Shown piece by piece: positions 1 through 13,243 of a DNA stretch of 64,000 nt (within the stretch, counting starts at the first letter, position 1; each line of letters starts with the position of its first letter). The position numbers and the translations under genes are program-made. The stretch comes from Octopus sinensis. Taxonomy: Eukaryota. A model generated the notes under the pieces. It saw nothing but the letters and a program-made list of their open reading frames with translations, was not told the DNA's origin and ran no database searches. The stretch lies in assembly GCF_006345805.1 (NCBI RefSeq), contig NC_042999.1, positions 144,956,001 through 145,020,000 of the forward strand. The letters run 5' to 3'.

Positions 1-450
1 TTACAGTTCCAGTGATGGATTGCAATGTTTGTATGCATGTGTGTGTGTGCACGCACGCGTGTATGTATTTGTGTTGATATATGTGTATGATTGTGTGTGT
101 TTATGTATGTGTATGTATGGTTCTGTGTATGTGTATGTGTGTGTGTGTGTGTAATGCTTTTGTATGATAGGCACCAAAGTTGATTGTTTGACCTTTCATG
201 ATTAGTGGTGTCTGTCAATGGATGGTCAACTCTGCTGACATTTGACATCATATATCTGCCTGTTTAATCTTGTTTAAATTAAAACATGTAGGTAAAACAT
301 CACCATCATCATCATCAGTAGCATTTTACGTCTATTTATTTTCTTGATAGCATGAGATGGATGGAAATAGATCCTTCATACAGGCCATTTGGCTCATCTA
401 TTTCTATTCCTTAATTCATCCCACAAATATTGCAATAAACAAATTGTCAT

Positions 451-930
451 TCCTCCCTCCCTCCCCCTCCCTCCCCCTCCCTCCCTCCCCCTCCCTCCCT
501 CCCTCCCCTCCCTCCCTCCCTCCCTCCCCTCCCTTCCTTCCTTCCTTCCTTCCTTCCTCCCTCCCTCCCTCCCTCCCTCACCCTCCCTCCCTTCCTTGCT
601 TCCTTCCTTCCTTGCTTCCTTCCTTCCTTCCTCTTCCTTCCTTCCTTGCTTCCTTCTTCCTTCCTTCCTTCTTTCCTTCCGTCCTTCCTCCCCTCCCCCT
701 CCCTCCCCTCCCTTCATTCCTTCCTTCCTTCCTTCCTTCCTTCCTCCCTTCCTTGCTTCCTTCCTTCCTTGCTTCCTTCCTTCCTTGCTTCCTTCCTTCC
801 TTCCTTCTTTCCTTCCGTCCTTCCTCCCCTCCCCCTCCCTCCCTTCCTTCCTTCCTTCCTTCCTTCCTTCCTTCCTTCCTTCCTTCCTTCCTTCCTTCCT
901 TCCTTCCTTCCTTCCTGCCTTCCTTCCTTC
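451..930. repeat. Polypyrimidine (CCTT)n/(CCCT)n low-complexity tract
   Basis: About 480 bp almost exclusively C/T; explains the P/S/F/L-rich ORFs at 357-1253. Confidence 0.97.
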
Positions 931-1056
931 TAGAATTACATGATTTTGCTATAAACATTGAGCTACAGAAATTTCAACTGAACATCACATATAAAGCTTT
1001 CACCAATCTGGAGGAGCCTGCAAAGTTTATGTGCACTGCCCCTCCACCACTACTTA

Positions 1057-1057
<1 letters not shown>

Positions 1058-1106
<49 letters not shown>

Positions 1107-1144
1107 CACCACCACCACCCCACCACCACCACCACACCACCACC

Positions 1145-1192
<48 letters not shown>
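1058..1192. repeat. Compound (CTA)n-(CAC)n-(CTA)n microsatellite
   Basis: Read directly from the sequence. Confidence 0.95.
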
Positions 1193-1193
<1 letters not shown>

Positions 1194-2189
1194 GAGTTTG
1201 TGACACCGAGAAACCAACTAAACTTCAGGTTTTTTTACAAGTTTACCTTCTAGAAGGAAGTTTGCCTGAGAATAAGGGTCCTTCATTCCCTAATTAACTC
1301 ATTGCTTGAACTCCAACAGGTGCTACTACTCCAGGTCAGAGAAGAACTGGGAACAGTAGTGATTCCATATTCCTCAACACCCTAGCACCATCTTACCAGA
1401 GCTGCACTAGTGGATGCAGCTTAAAGTCATATCCAGGACTACATACATACACATACATACATACATACATACATACATACATACATACATACATACATAC
1501 ACGCATACATACACACATACATGCATGTGCATATATATATATACACACACATACATATATATGCACATACGTATATACATGCATGCATATATATGCTTAC
1601 ATATATGATGTGAACAAAATAAGTTAAATAAGATTAATAAGATAATGAAAAAAGGTGAAAAACAATACAATATTGTGTGGGATGTGACTGGATAATGCAA
1701 ATGGTACTGGATAATGCTAAATGGTTAGCAGTCAACTGTGAGATTTTCTGTGATTGGGAGGGGTTTACTTAGAGATTAATGAAATGGGTAAATGGATGAT
1801 GGAGTAATTCAATAATGAAATAAATAGATTAAGTAAATAGATAGGTGTCAGAGTAAATAGTAAGTAATATACTTAAATAATTGGTTAGAGATTAAGCAAG
1901 ATAATGTATAGAGAACACGAACACGCAATAAAGTAGGGACATAAGATAAGGTAACATGTTTTAAAGAAGAGATAATTAGTGAGTAGTCATTAGTGGATAT
2001 TATTAGTGAATATTTGTGGGTAATAGGGGATAAGAGATAAAAAACAGGCAGAATGTTATATGACACAAAATTAAGTTTGAAGGTTTAATCAAGAAGTCAA
2101 GTAAGTTTCCATTGCAAATGTGCTGTGACAGTATTTGTGCCATGACTTAAATAAAATCTGTTAAATAGGCTTAACAGTTTGGATATTAA

Positions 2190-2325
2190 CCCTTTGAGCC
2201 CTGACCTCCAGAATCTTATTTGACCATATATCTGGCTTTCTGATGCTCTCCACTGGTAGAGCGGTACTATGGTATAGAGAAAAATAAGCCGTCCACTGGT
2301 AAACCGGTGTTATGGGCTCAAAGGG
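2190..2325. mobile_element. piggyBac-type MITE (136 bp)
   Basis: TTAA|CCCTTTGAGCCC ... GGGCTCAAAGGG|TCAA: perfect 12-bp TIR with CCC/GGG ends and a TTAA target (right copy has one mismatch). Confidence 0.75.
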
Positions 2326-2499
2326 TCAAGTGTCTGTACAATCCTGGCTAATCATTGAGTATGCAAGCCTATGAAATTTATGTTTGAGTATAAGTTTCTG
2401 TTGGAATATTATGTATGTAGCCAAAAATTCAGCTATAAGCCTCACTGGTGTTAGTTTTTTTGGTTTGGCTTTGCTGACAAAGATTAGGAATGCTGTCAT

Positions 2500-3053
2500 C
2501 CATGTCGTCTGCATGCTTGTTCATAGCTGATAAGGCTGATGTGGGATTAACATATCTGATTGCAGTGATGACAAGGGTATGGTTGTTCAGGGTCTGATGA
2601 TGCAGCTGCATTGTTTTTTTGCATCTGACATTTGTCTTCAAGAGAAGCACTCACTGATGGTATGGCACCAAGCAACACAATCAGCTATTAGAGTGGACCA
2701 CTCATGATAATCAATGTCACAAATGCTAAAGGACTGCTTCAAGCAGTCCTTCTAATGCTTCCTTGGTGCCCCCTTGTTGTGGTGGCTGATGGTGAGCTCA
2801 CTGTACACGATGATCTTGGGTAGGTGGTGGTCTTACATCCTGTCAATGTGCCCTGCCCAATGCAGTCATGTCTTAAGTAAAATGACTTCCAGGCTGGTGA
2901 CCTTTGCGTGAAGACCTTAGTGTTGGTGATGTAGTTGCTCCAGCAGATGTTGAGGGTGGTATGGAGCTAGTGTTGGTGAAAATGTTTGAGGAGTCTGAGA
3001 TGATAGCAGTAGGGGACCCAGGACTCAGAGCTATATGGGAGTGTTGTGAGAAT
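2500..3053 (-). mobile_element. RTE (BovB-like) LINE 3' ORF remnant
   Basis: Minus strand reads ILTTLPYSSESWVPYCYHLRLLKHFHQH (cf. LLYGSESW..YRHHLRLLERFHQR) and ends in zinc-finger-like QPYPCHHCNQIC*SHISLISYEQACRRHG*; multiple stops and frameshifts. Confidence 0.85.
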
Positions 3054-3072
3054 GCACACACACACGCACACG

Positions 3073-3147
<75 letters not shown>

Positions 3148-3539
3148 ACATATGACTGACTTACTTGTGTCTCTGTCAACCAGTTTTACTTACTAGTTGC
3201 TTGTTGGCTCAGGGCTATAGTAGATGTTTTCCCAATGGGATTGAACCTGAAACCATGTGGTTGTGAAGCAAACTTGTTAAGCACTAAATCATGTATGCAC
3301 CTATGAATATGTCCACATATATATGGCTCAAAATTGTACAAAAAACAAAAGACAGAGACAGGTGGAAGAACAACAAAGAAGGTTTATTATTTTGAAGTTC
3401 AAGAAAAATGGAGGAGTCTTTGATATACAGAGTCTATACTCTTCCATAGAAAGGAATAAGGAGAGATGGAGAGAGGAAAAAATGAAAAATGTGTTTGGAT
3501 TAATGGTTGCACATGTTGAATTGACTGGAAAGAAGGATG

Positions 3540-3755
3540 CTCTTTGATTTCTCATACATTTCAGAGAATTCAGGAAACAGTCAACAGGTTTGCTATGGCA
3601 GCTTGTGCATTTGGACTATTAGCACCAAGAAGACTGAAGTTTTATTCAAACAAAAGCCTGAGGCAGAACATACTCAAGATTCAAATGTGATGATAGACAA
3701 CAAGCCACTCAAATGACCCAAGTCACTTAAATCTCTTGGAAGTATGATAAGCTGA
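3540..3755 (+). mobile_element. RTE LINE reverse-transcriptase fragment
   Basis: IQETVNRFAMAACAFGL/ISTKKTEVLF...DNKPLK...SLGSMIS, typical RTE RT C-terminal motifs. Confidence 0.7.
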
Positions 3756-3814
3756 AAAAAGTTAATTTTATAGTTCATGGTTAGCAACAGGGGTTGTTTT
3801 ATATGCAAATAAAC

Positions 3815-4180
3815 ATTAAAAAATTAGGGAATGGAGTTAATAAGATCCAGGCTATATATGTTTCAAGAGCTAGTGGAACATTGGATATAGTAAATTATCC
3901 AAACGAGGAACAGACTTCAGGCCAAGGATACCTTGATTACATGAAGCTTATTATGTTTTCCTTTTGAACTGTACTTTCTATCCATTTCAATTGAATCTTC
4001 AACAAGTTAACACGTGATCTCCTAATGACAATGTAAACTTCATATAATCGAGGTATCCTTGTCCTCAAGAGTAGCTTGTGGTCTACTCCTCGTTTGGATA
4101 ATTTACTCCTTCTGAGGCCCCACTAGCTATGAAACATATGTAGCCTGGACTTTATCTATTTCATTCCTTAATTTTTGAAT
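3815..4180. mobile_element. Fold-back element with decayed hammerhead (Penelope pLTR-like)
   Basis: Arms at about 3815-3946 and 4037-4180 are reverse complements. Right arm: CTCAAGA-GTAGCTTGTGG...CCACTAGCTAT-GAAAC-ATAT-GTA-GCC; left arm retains GGCCTGAAG on the minus strand. Abuts (TA)n. Confidence 0.7.
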
Positions 4181-4329
4181 ATATATATATATATATATAC
4201 ACATTATTCTTTTCTTGAGGTATCAACTCCCTGATGGAGTCATAGAGGCACTGATGTGACATATGGAGTCTTGGGAAATTTAATGCTGTTAGGGCCCATC
4301 CCTTCACATGTTTGAACACAGTCAATGTC

Positions 4330-4362
4330 TTTGTGTGTGTGTATGTGTGTGTGTGTGTGTGG

Positions 4363-4393
<31 letters not shown>

Positions 4394-4424
4394 TGTGCAT
4401 GTATGTGTGTGTATGTGTGTGTGT

Positions 4425-4519
<95 letters not shown>
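4330..4519. repeat. (TG)n-(GA)n compound microsatellite
   Basis: Read directly from the sequence. Confidence 0.95.
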
Positions 4520-4522
<3 letters not shown>

Positions 4523-5204
4523 GAACCCAGAAATGGGTTGGCAATTATCATCACTGAAAGGAGAAAAAGCAAAGAGCCAGAATGAAAACCATAAAAAGTT
4601 CTCTCTCTGAGTTTTAATGATTTTTGCCAATTGTCTGACCTCTTTCTCTCTCTATCTATCTATATATATATATAAAACATCACCTCATTCTATTTGTTCA
4701 TGATTGGTTCACAAACAAAATACGTGCTGTCATATAAACACACTCAGTCATATATACATATACAAACACACATTCCCACTTACTCACTACACATACACAA
4801 ATATATACACCACAACTGACACTCATTGTTGATTCTTAGTTTTATCATGTAAATGTGTGTTCTCAAAATGATTAATCCCTTGACTACTAATCTGATTTTA
4901 GCTATGTTACCCATTCATTATTTGATTTCTTAAGACATACTGTTTGATACAAATGGAATGTTGTTTAACAGATTGGTTCACAGAGACAGGGTGACTAATG
5001 AAGACATGGTGTTCAAATAAAGTATATTTGGTAAACCAGTCTACCAGAATACATCCCTATTGCAGTTCCACCCAAACCGGAAAAAATAATAAAAACACAT
5101 CAACTTATCAGAGTTCCTGCTGCTTAGATCAATGTTCTGTTTACATATTTGGATGATACCTGTAGCAATAAATTACTCAGAGATGCCATCTGCATAGAAA
5201 ACAA

Positions 5205-5975
5205 TGTTTAAGTTAGTGTTGACAACTTTAATGCAGTAAGCATAAAAAACAAACTAGAAATAATTATATGGTGAGATAAAAGCAATATTAATCAGTAGCT
5301 AATACTATTTTTAAAATTTCAGTAAGGAAGAGAACTGCAAACATGTTTCAGTTTTATTAGATCTCCTTAGTAAAGCACAGACTTCATTACATTTACTGAA
5401 GTAGGGGTTTGAATCATAAATTCTAATTTTTCTACATCAACCAATGGACTATATTGTACATTGATTGATGTAGAAAATTAGAATTTTTAGCAAATAAATT
5501 AACCAAAGGAATTAGCATAAACTTAATATTGTCTTTTTATGAGGATAAATTTTCTGCATGTTTTAATCTCTAACAATTTCTTATTCCCTCAGCCAACCAC
5601 TGTATAGTATTGTACATTTACTTCTTTCAGTACTTCTTCAATAAGAACAGTTAAGTTTATGTTTCACTGAGGGAATTTAGTAAAACTGAAACATGTAAGG
5701 AGTTGTCCCTTTTACTTGCCAAAATAAAATAATATTAGTCATTATCAAATATTGTCTTTTTCTCACTTCACAGGTTTGGTGACAGGAAAGGCATCTGATG
5801 TCAAAATAGGAACTATGATGATAAGCACAGTTAGATTGCCATGGAACTTGCAAAACTAACACCAACTTTAATAAGGAAAATAGTCTTAAAATGTTTATTG
5901 TGTTGTTTGTTCACACATATTTCTAGTTAGCTTTTTAATGCTCATTGCATAAATATCTTAACACTAACTTAACTA
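5205..5975. repeat. Old degenerate fold-back (long inverted repeat) with an internal 70-bp hairpin
   Basis: ACATGTTTCAGTTTTATTAG (5341) pairs with TTAGTAAAACTGAAACATGT (about 5677); TTAAGTTAGTGTT (about 5208) pairs with AACACTAACTTAA (about 5960); near-perfect hairpin at 5418-5486. Confidence 0.65.
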
Positions 5976-8900
5976 TACCAGAATATGTCAAGTTATAGCC
6001 ACTGTATAGTGCCAGTGATGGTACAAATTGCTGATTCTGTGGCTGGTAGTTAAGAACAGAGGATCATAGGAATTTCATTGAATTTTTGGGTAATACATTT
6101 AGTTCCACAGGTCTCTGATCATCTGTGAATATTACTGAAAATAGATAGGCAACTTATCCAGGGAGAGATTTATTTTGTACCTACACAACACTAAAGAATG
6201 TTGGGACTCACCTTTGGAGATCTTTTTCTTAACTGGCATTTGGTTAAGGTGCTTGGCTCATGATCATAGGTTCAGTTCATAGACTAGGTGCTGTTTTGTG
6301 TCCTTTAGTAAAACACTTGATTTCTTGTCACTCAATTTTACTCAGCAGTAATGAGTTCAAGCTCTGTTCCTCAGTGGTTACATCCTGGATGTTTTACTGA
6401 ATCAAGGGTATGGGTGAGGTGGTGGGGACAAGTGATGTCTATGTCTCCACACAACTACACAATCACCTAAAACAGTTAGTGAAAGCATGGTACATAATAC
6501 CAAGCCATACTCATTTGCAGGTGCTGGCTGTACTGTACTTCCAAACTGGTGTATCTGTATAACATGTACACTTTTGAGCCAATGAAAAAACCTCTACATG
6601 GTCACTCGAATTGCTAGAAATAGCAACTAAATCTCTTTCCAATTATACTCAACACTCTTAGAAAAGAACACATTGGATAAGGTAGAAAAATACTGAGAAA
6701 TATACTGCATAGCTATGACTGGAATGTCTTTGATTAGTCCCAGGTCTGTTCAATCAGGACTCGCTAGAGGCTAATAACAACAGGTATGTCTTACCTTTTC
6801 ATTGCTAATTTCTCTTTTAGGTCCTATTGACAATTGTAGTGCCAGTCAAACTGATGGGCTTCCCCAGACCAAGATTGATAAAAGTGTAATTTGTTCTGTG
6901 ATGTGGGAAGAAATCCAAAGTATTTTCATTTCCTACTACCATCCTGCTTTCTAATGATGGTGGCATTTTTGCTCCATTCAAGACTTCAGGATTCCACTGT
7001 AACTTTAGTAAGGTGGTTAATGGGTGCTATACCTTGCCAAAGGGCAACCTGTGATTTTGTCTGGGATTGCTTTTTGAAAATTTTCAGCTAATCTATATAT
7101 GTACAGGCCATTCCCTTATCCACAAACTAGGAACCTGATGGATGGAAATTTCTATCATGACACCATGTATTCTTGGCTTAAAGTTTTAAAGTTATTTAAT
7201 TCTGTATTAGTATTGAAACTAAATTTGAATATAAAACAATTCTCTTTTGTTTTATTCTAAATCAATATATGAAAAGGACACCATATTTGTGATGGGCAGA
7301 AGTGGCTGAACCCTCTATGTTTCTAATGTAAGTCCCACATATAAGGCTCTTTGAACAACAGTGAAACCTTTTTATTTTCATGTAGTTGTGGGTGGAAAGA
7401 AAATATCTGAGTGGATTTGATGGTTTCAAATGAACATCAGGTATATATATTTTTCTGAGAGTGAGTTATGCTGCCTGTTTTATGGGATTTTCCCTAAACT
7501 GGAATATGCTGTTGATAGTATTTTCTTCAATAACTTGTGATATTTCTGAGCTATGCATGGGATTGAACCTGAAGATTTTTTTATCAAGTGAGTATGGGTT
7601 TTTAGGATCAATCCTAAGCCTAACTCAGCAATATAACTAAAGATGATGTGAAAGAATAACTAATTGGAGCATTGTCTCAACAACATATTTGAAATGAATA
7701 AATAGTTTGAAAAAATCCAACATCAGCAGCAAGTATTTTGTTTAAGCACAAGGTCTACTTTAATAGAGAAGACCTATGATCGAAGGTATTCCATCTGCAA
7801 TCTTTTATCAGACATAGTGTATCTAGGACTACATTATCTAATGTGTCATTGTTTTAAAGACAACTGAGTGTGGTTTGTAACAGGTCAAATGATTGCATAG
7901 AGGCCCTTGTCTTAGCTCACAGACATATTGTCATCTATTTAAGTAGTGCAATTAATTCTTTATGCTTGAGATTTTCTAGCTGCCAGGAATTAGTAGGGCA
8001 TCTGACAATGTCACTGGAGATAAACTGGGTATCCTAGTAGATGAGGAAGTTGACTTCATACCTATTCAACACTGTGAAACTAGGATTAAAAAAAGTGTAT
8101 TTAGGGAAATAGCTACTCAACAGGTTCATCTTTACCAAATTTAACGATAGAAAGAGTTGTCAGGAGTTGAGTGGATGAATTGTGGGACTATCACATGACC
8201 GGCTAAATTAGTGATTTCCAAAATGGGTGCTGTTACCACCTTGCAGGTGCTGGAAGGTAAGGAAGTGGAAAGGGGCATGAGAAAGCAAGGCAAGGATTTT
8301 AGGAGCAAAAATGCAAATCAGTTGTTTCTCACAAAACTGTCACCTGTATTAAATGGCTCAATGAAAGGGCAAGCCTCGTTAATGGATAATATAAAAATGA
8401 ATGATAGTAGACTTATCTGTAAAAATCTTTTGTAACCATGGTACAACTAAAGAAGAAATGTTGACAGTACAGAATACTAAATATTAAACATATGGCTTTA
8501 TTCTGTCACCTAAAACCAAACTTAATCTGCTGTGTCCCTGGCCAATATACTCGACTCATTTTAGTTCAGTTCACCTAACATTAATTGGGTGCTATTTTGT
8601 GGCAGATATGTTCCCTTAAAGCAGAAGCAGCACAATAAAAATGATGAATGTTTCATTCATTTATTTTGTAAGTATGTCACTCACATTTTTATTTCAGAAT
8701 TAGGATTAGTTATTGGTCCCGCACCCTTTACTCTTACAACACAAATGTCAAAGGAACATGGAGTATGAATATATAAGCAAAAATGAGCTAAGCGATATAT
8801 CTCAGAGGAGCTAGTGGCATTGACAAATACAGGTATATCAAGTACCATATAACATAAATCCCTGATTTATCAGAATTATCTCTGCCTTCAGAGGATGTGC

Positions 8901-9789
8901 CATAATTACCAAATGGCAGTTGCCACCAGCTCCATATGAAAAAGAGAGATAATCTCAGGAATTAATTTCTCTGAAGCTGATATGCTATCATGGAAAAGGA
9001 CAGGCTTATTGTCTGGAGATAAGAGAAATGCTATAAAGCTATATGTTTCTGTAGAGGTCATCAGCACAGCAATTGTCCAACCTTATCTCCAGAAGCCAAG
9101 AGGCTGAGACTTACATAAAAAGAGTAGAACACATGACTGGGGTATTTGCATAAATTAAACAAAAGTGAGCTTAGAGAAATGAAAATGCATTCAGCTGTAT
9201 GTTTCATCACACATTTAGTAGATGAATGATGAGAAAACTCAGGGCCAATAAGAAATGTGGTTCAGCTGGTATATTGGTCTGGGGTTTAGATCAGGGGTAC
9301 TTGGGGACAAGAACAATAATGACACAATAATTAAAATCAATTATAACAACAGCATGACTGTTGTTACAATTGACTATTTTGTTGAATATACTTCCACAAT
9401 ACTAACCTCTTCCTTTCAGCTAAAGAGAACAGTACAGTGTACTACAAAGAGAGGTACTGTAGATAGGTACGGTACTATAAGTACCAAACATACAGTATAC
9501 CTAACAATTGCTGAAATCAAGTCCTTCAGAGGGCGATGTCCATCTAGAGAGGGAGAAATATTGCCATTAAAAGCAGCAACAGTAGCAGCAGCAGCAGCAG
9601 TAGCAGCAGTAGCAGTAGTAGCTATAGCAGCTGTGGTAGCAGCAGCAGCAACAGCAGCTAAAGCACCTTTTACCTAATTACTTAATCTAATCAATGTAGC
9701 AGCTGAATTTTTTCAACAAATTGTCTTCCAATCTCAGGCTATTATGATACTCAAAAAATACAAGATAACTCTAGGGTATCCATGGTCCC

Positions 9790-10182
9790 TCATAAAAAGT
9801 ACCCATACTGGTACTATGAACAAAGCACCTGTGCTGGTTCTATGTAAAAAGCATCTGTGCTGGTGCCATATTAAAGGCACCAGTGCTGGTACCATGTAAA
9901 AAGCATCTGTGCTCGTGCCACGAAAAAATGTGCCAGTGCTGGTGCCATATTAAAAGCGGTAATGCTGGTGCCATGTATAAAGCATTGGTGCTGATACTAT
10001 GTAAAACACACTCAATACACTTTGTAAAGTGGTTGGCATTAGGAAGGACATCCATCTGTGGAAACTATAGCAAAAAAGACAATCGAAGCCTTGTGCAACT
10101 CTCTGGCTTGCCAGCTCATGTCAAACCAACCAACCCATGCCAGCATGGAAAACACACATTAGATGATGATGATGATGATGAT
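9790..10182 (+). mobile_element. RTE LINE 3'UTR/tail copy with tandem GTGCTGGTGCCATGTAAAAAGCACC-like subunits, ending (GAT)n
   Basis: Same tail (GTGGTTGGCATTAGGAAGG...CCAACCCATGCCAGCATGGAAA...GATGATGAT) follows the RTE ORF at 16576 and 35032. Confidence 0.8.
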
Positions 10183-10559
10183 GTTACAACAGGGTAATTA
10201 AAAGCAAAAAAAACAACAACAAAAAAAACAGAATAATTCACTGGATAACCATAGCACACAATAGACACATGATAACCACAGGGGAACTATGACCCACCAT
10301 AAATATACAATAACCTCAGAATAATTATGATTCTCAATATATAATATCACGTAATAACTAGGACCCATAGTAAACATAGTAAATGCACAGTATATATATA
10401 TATATAATAACCATAGGATATGAGCTGTAATGAATATATAACAAGTAGAGAGTAACTATGACCCCATCACGATAAACATATAATAAGCACTGAGTAACTG
10501 TGTCACACAATCTTTGCTTTGCAACCATGAAGATCAGTTTCTCAGCTACTGAGATAAAC

Positions 10560-10688
<129 letters not shown>

Positions 10689-12369
10689 CAGCAATGCTGG
10701 AACACAGAAGCCAACAAACAAAAATTAAATCCAAGCTGCATTTCATTAATTGTATAAGAAAATAAAACAGAAAAAAAAGTATAAAAATAAAAATAATAAA
10801 TAAGGACAAGACACCTCTTGCCCCATAAAAAAAAAGAAAAACGGAGAAACAGAAATGAAAAAAAAAAAAAAGGAAATAAGAAAATAAAATCTAGTTCAGG
10901 CTTGTTGGAATGGTTTGTGAGAAAATATCAAGTTGTTGACATTCACAAACAATGGAGTGGAAAGTCTCATATATTCATATATAAAGTATCAATCTTCTAT
11001 ACACAATACATTCCAGAGTTGTTGATAACTGTCCTGGCTGTTAACTGAATCAATAAAATGATGAAATATAATAGCAGAATAGATGATTCACTAGGTTTAG
11101 TCTTAATTCTTTTTAGTAGCTTTAAGTCTTTGGGTTATGGCAGTATTACTGGGGCATTTATTGCTGGGTGAAAAATAAAAAATAAAAATAGAACAACTTT
11201 TTAAAATAGGGTTGAAATGTTGATGTTTGCAGGGAGTTGTGAGGTTTATTTAAAGTTGAGGCAGACCAGGGAAGACTTGGTGGGGAATTACAAGTATGAA
11301 GGTCAGAAATGAAACTGTTATGCTCCCAAAATGATACACAGATTGTAACAAATTTAGAGGAGGTTAGCTGTGCTGTTAACCATCTAACTCATGTACTGGG
11401 GTTGGTTTAATTGATTCTCACTCCTGCAATATTTGTGGCCTGTGCCTTATTTGTGTTGGGGCTACACACACACACACACACACTCATGCACGTGCACGTA
11501 CACACACAAACACATACACACCACCACTGCTGCCACCATTGTTGTCATCATCATCATGATCATCATGTAGTGTCCAGCTTCTGTGTTAGTATGGATTAGA
11601 TGGTTTGACAGAATCCGATGAGTTGGAGGACTACATCATGTTCTTGTGTTTACTTTAGCATGCTTTAGTTAGTGGGGGTTCCTTTATGGTGATGACTTAG
11701 CTCTTATAGCAGATATTGTGGAAGATTTAAGCAAAACCCAGAATCAAGAGGACTCAGAATAAATTTAGTGAATATTAGTGTTTTAGTCAGTAGGAACGAA
11801 AGTAGGGCACTGATACCACCAGGCAAATGGCTGTGTTCAATATGCAGAAAAGAAATAGGAAGAAATTCCATATGATATACTCATTGTGAAGTATGGCTGT
11901 ACAAAAGGATGTAGTAGAATCAAAGTCAAGTGATAGTGAATAAAGACTTTACTTGTAGTAAATGTACAGAAATAACCCTCTGGGCACCAGTAAAATAAAT
12001 TCTTTGCAATACCCAGAAGGATTTATATAAGTAGTTGACAACTTTTCTTTCTTTTGAGACACAAACAGCAGCATTTTACAAGAAAGTGTAATAGCTATAA
12101 CCAGAATGGGAGTGAAAAAATTTAGGGAGCTGTTACATATGCTGCTGTCAAAAGAGCTCTCTCTGAGCAAATGGTAGCTTGTACAATGCATGTGTATGAA
12201 TTGTGATGCTTCATGGTAGTGATACATGGGCACTAAATGCAAAAAGATGTATCAGAAATGGAAAGAAACAAAGCAAGTACAATCTACTGGATGCGTAATG
12301 ACACAGTGAACAAATGATGAGACACAATTGGGCTGACAGAAAAACTGAGTTTAAGAGGAATCAGTTTTA

Positions 12370-12740
12370 AATATACATTTGATTCCAGACCTTGCTTCCA
12401 CACCTGAAATTTTTCTCTAGTTCTGATAATGATTCAACTATAAGAACAAGGTCATCACCATAGAGGAGCTCCCTTAGGTAGCCAGTCTTAAATTCCTCTG
12501 TTATGTCTTCGAGGACTATGATGAACAAGAGAAGGCTGAGAACTGACCCTTGGTGAAATTCTACTTGTACACTGAATTCATTGCTCTACTCATTGCCAAT
12601 TTTCACTTTACATCATCCCTGTACAAGGCTTGTACAGCTCTCACCAACTACTCATCTATCTCTAGCTTAAACAGTGACTACCAGATAACAGAGTGGGGAA
12701 CCCTATCAAAGGCTTTTTACATGTCAACAAAAGCCAGTCT
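12370..12740 (-). mobile_element. RTE LINE RT core fragment
   Basis: Minus strand: AFVDM*KAFDRVPH...HQGSVLSLLLFIIVLEDITEEFKTGYLRELLYGDDLVLIVES (RT motifs including decayed YADD). Confidence 0.85.
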
Positions 12741-12904
12741 GTTTGTATTATTTTATTATATATTGTTGTCAATATGAAAATAGCATATTGGCAGAGACAA
12801 TAGTGTGTTCAACGAGATAAATTTTCAATTTCATTCTTCTTGTAAATCCAGTCAGAAACTAATTGCAATTCCAAATAACATTTTATGGCTATATATATAT
12901 ATAT

Positions 12905-13038
12905 AGATTTGACTGGGCCTGATGAAGCCTTCTGGCTTCACAGACCCCAGTAGAACCGTCCAACCCATGCTAGCATGGAAAACGGACGCTAAACGATGAT
13001 GATGATGATGATGATGATATATATATATATATATATAT

Positions 13039-13070
<32 letters not shown>

Positions 13071-13193
13071 TTAGCGTCCGTTTTCCATGCTAGCATGGGT
13101 TGGATGGTTCAACTGGGGTCTGTGAAGCCAGAAGGCTGCATCAGGCCCAGTCTGATCTGGCAGTGTTTCTACGGCTGGATGCCCTTCCTAACA

Positions 13194-13195
<2 letters not shown>
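12905..13195. mobile_element. Two RTE tails joined tail-to-tail across (GAT)n(TA)n(CAT)n, forming a palindrome
   Basis: 12905-13017 (+) and 13040-13195 (-) are near-identical reverse complements. Confidence 0.85.

Positions 13196-13243
<48 letters not shown>

Noticed and set aside
357-1253. 298-aa ORF and overlapping ORFs
   Set aside because: Read-through of (CCTT)n and trinucleotide microsatellites; open in several frames on both strands.
6821-7011. Candidate exon after a strong acceptor (CTAAT...TCTCTTTTAG)
   Set aside because: All frames hit stops before a convincing donor; no homology recognised.
9255-9677. 140-aa ORF
   Set aside because: No recognisable domain; the 3' quarter is a (GCA/GTA)n repeat.
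9790-10020. Regularly spaced repeats of about 25 bp resembling a CRISPR array
   Set aside because: No unique spacers, eukaryotic context, no cas genes; these are RTE 3'UTR subunits found at many loci.
12917-12930. CTGATGA word in an RTE tail
   Set aside because: No downstream stem II/GAAA; a point variant of CTGGTGCAG seen in other copies.
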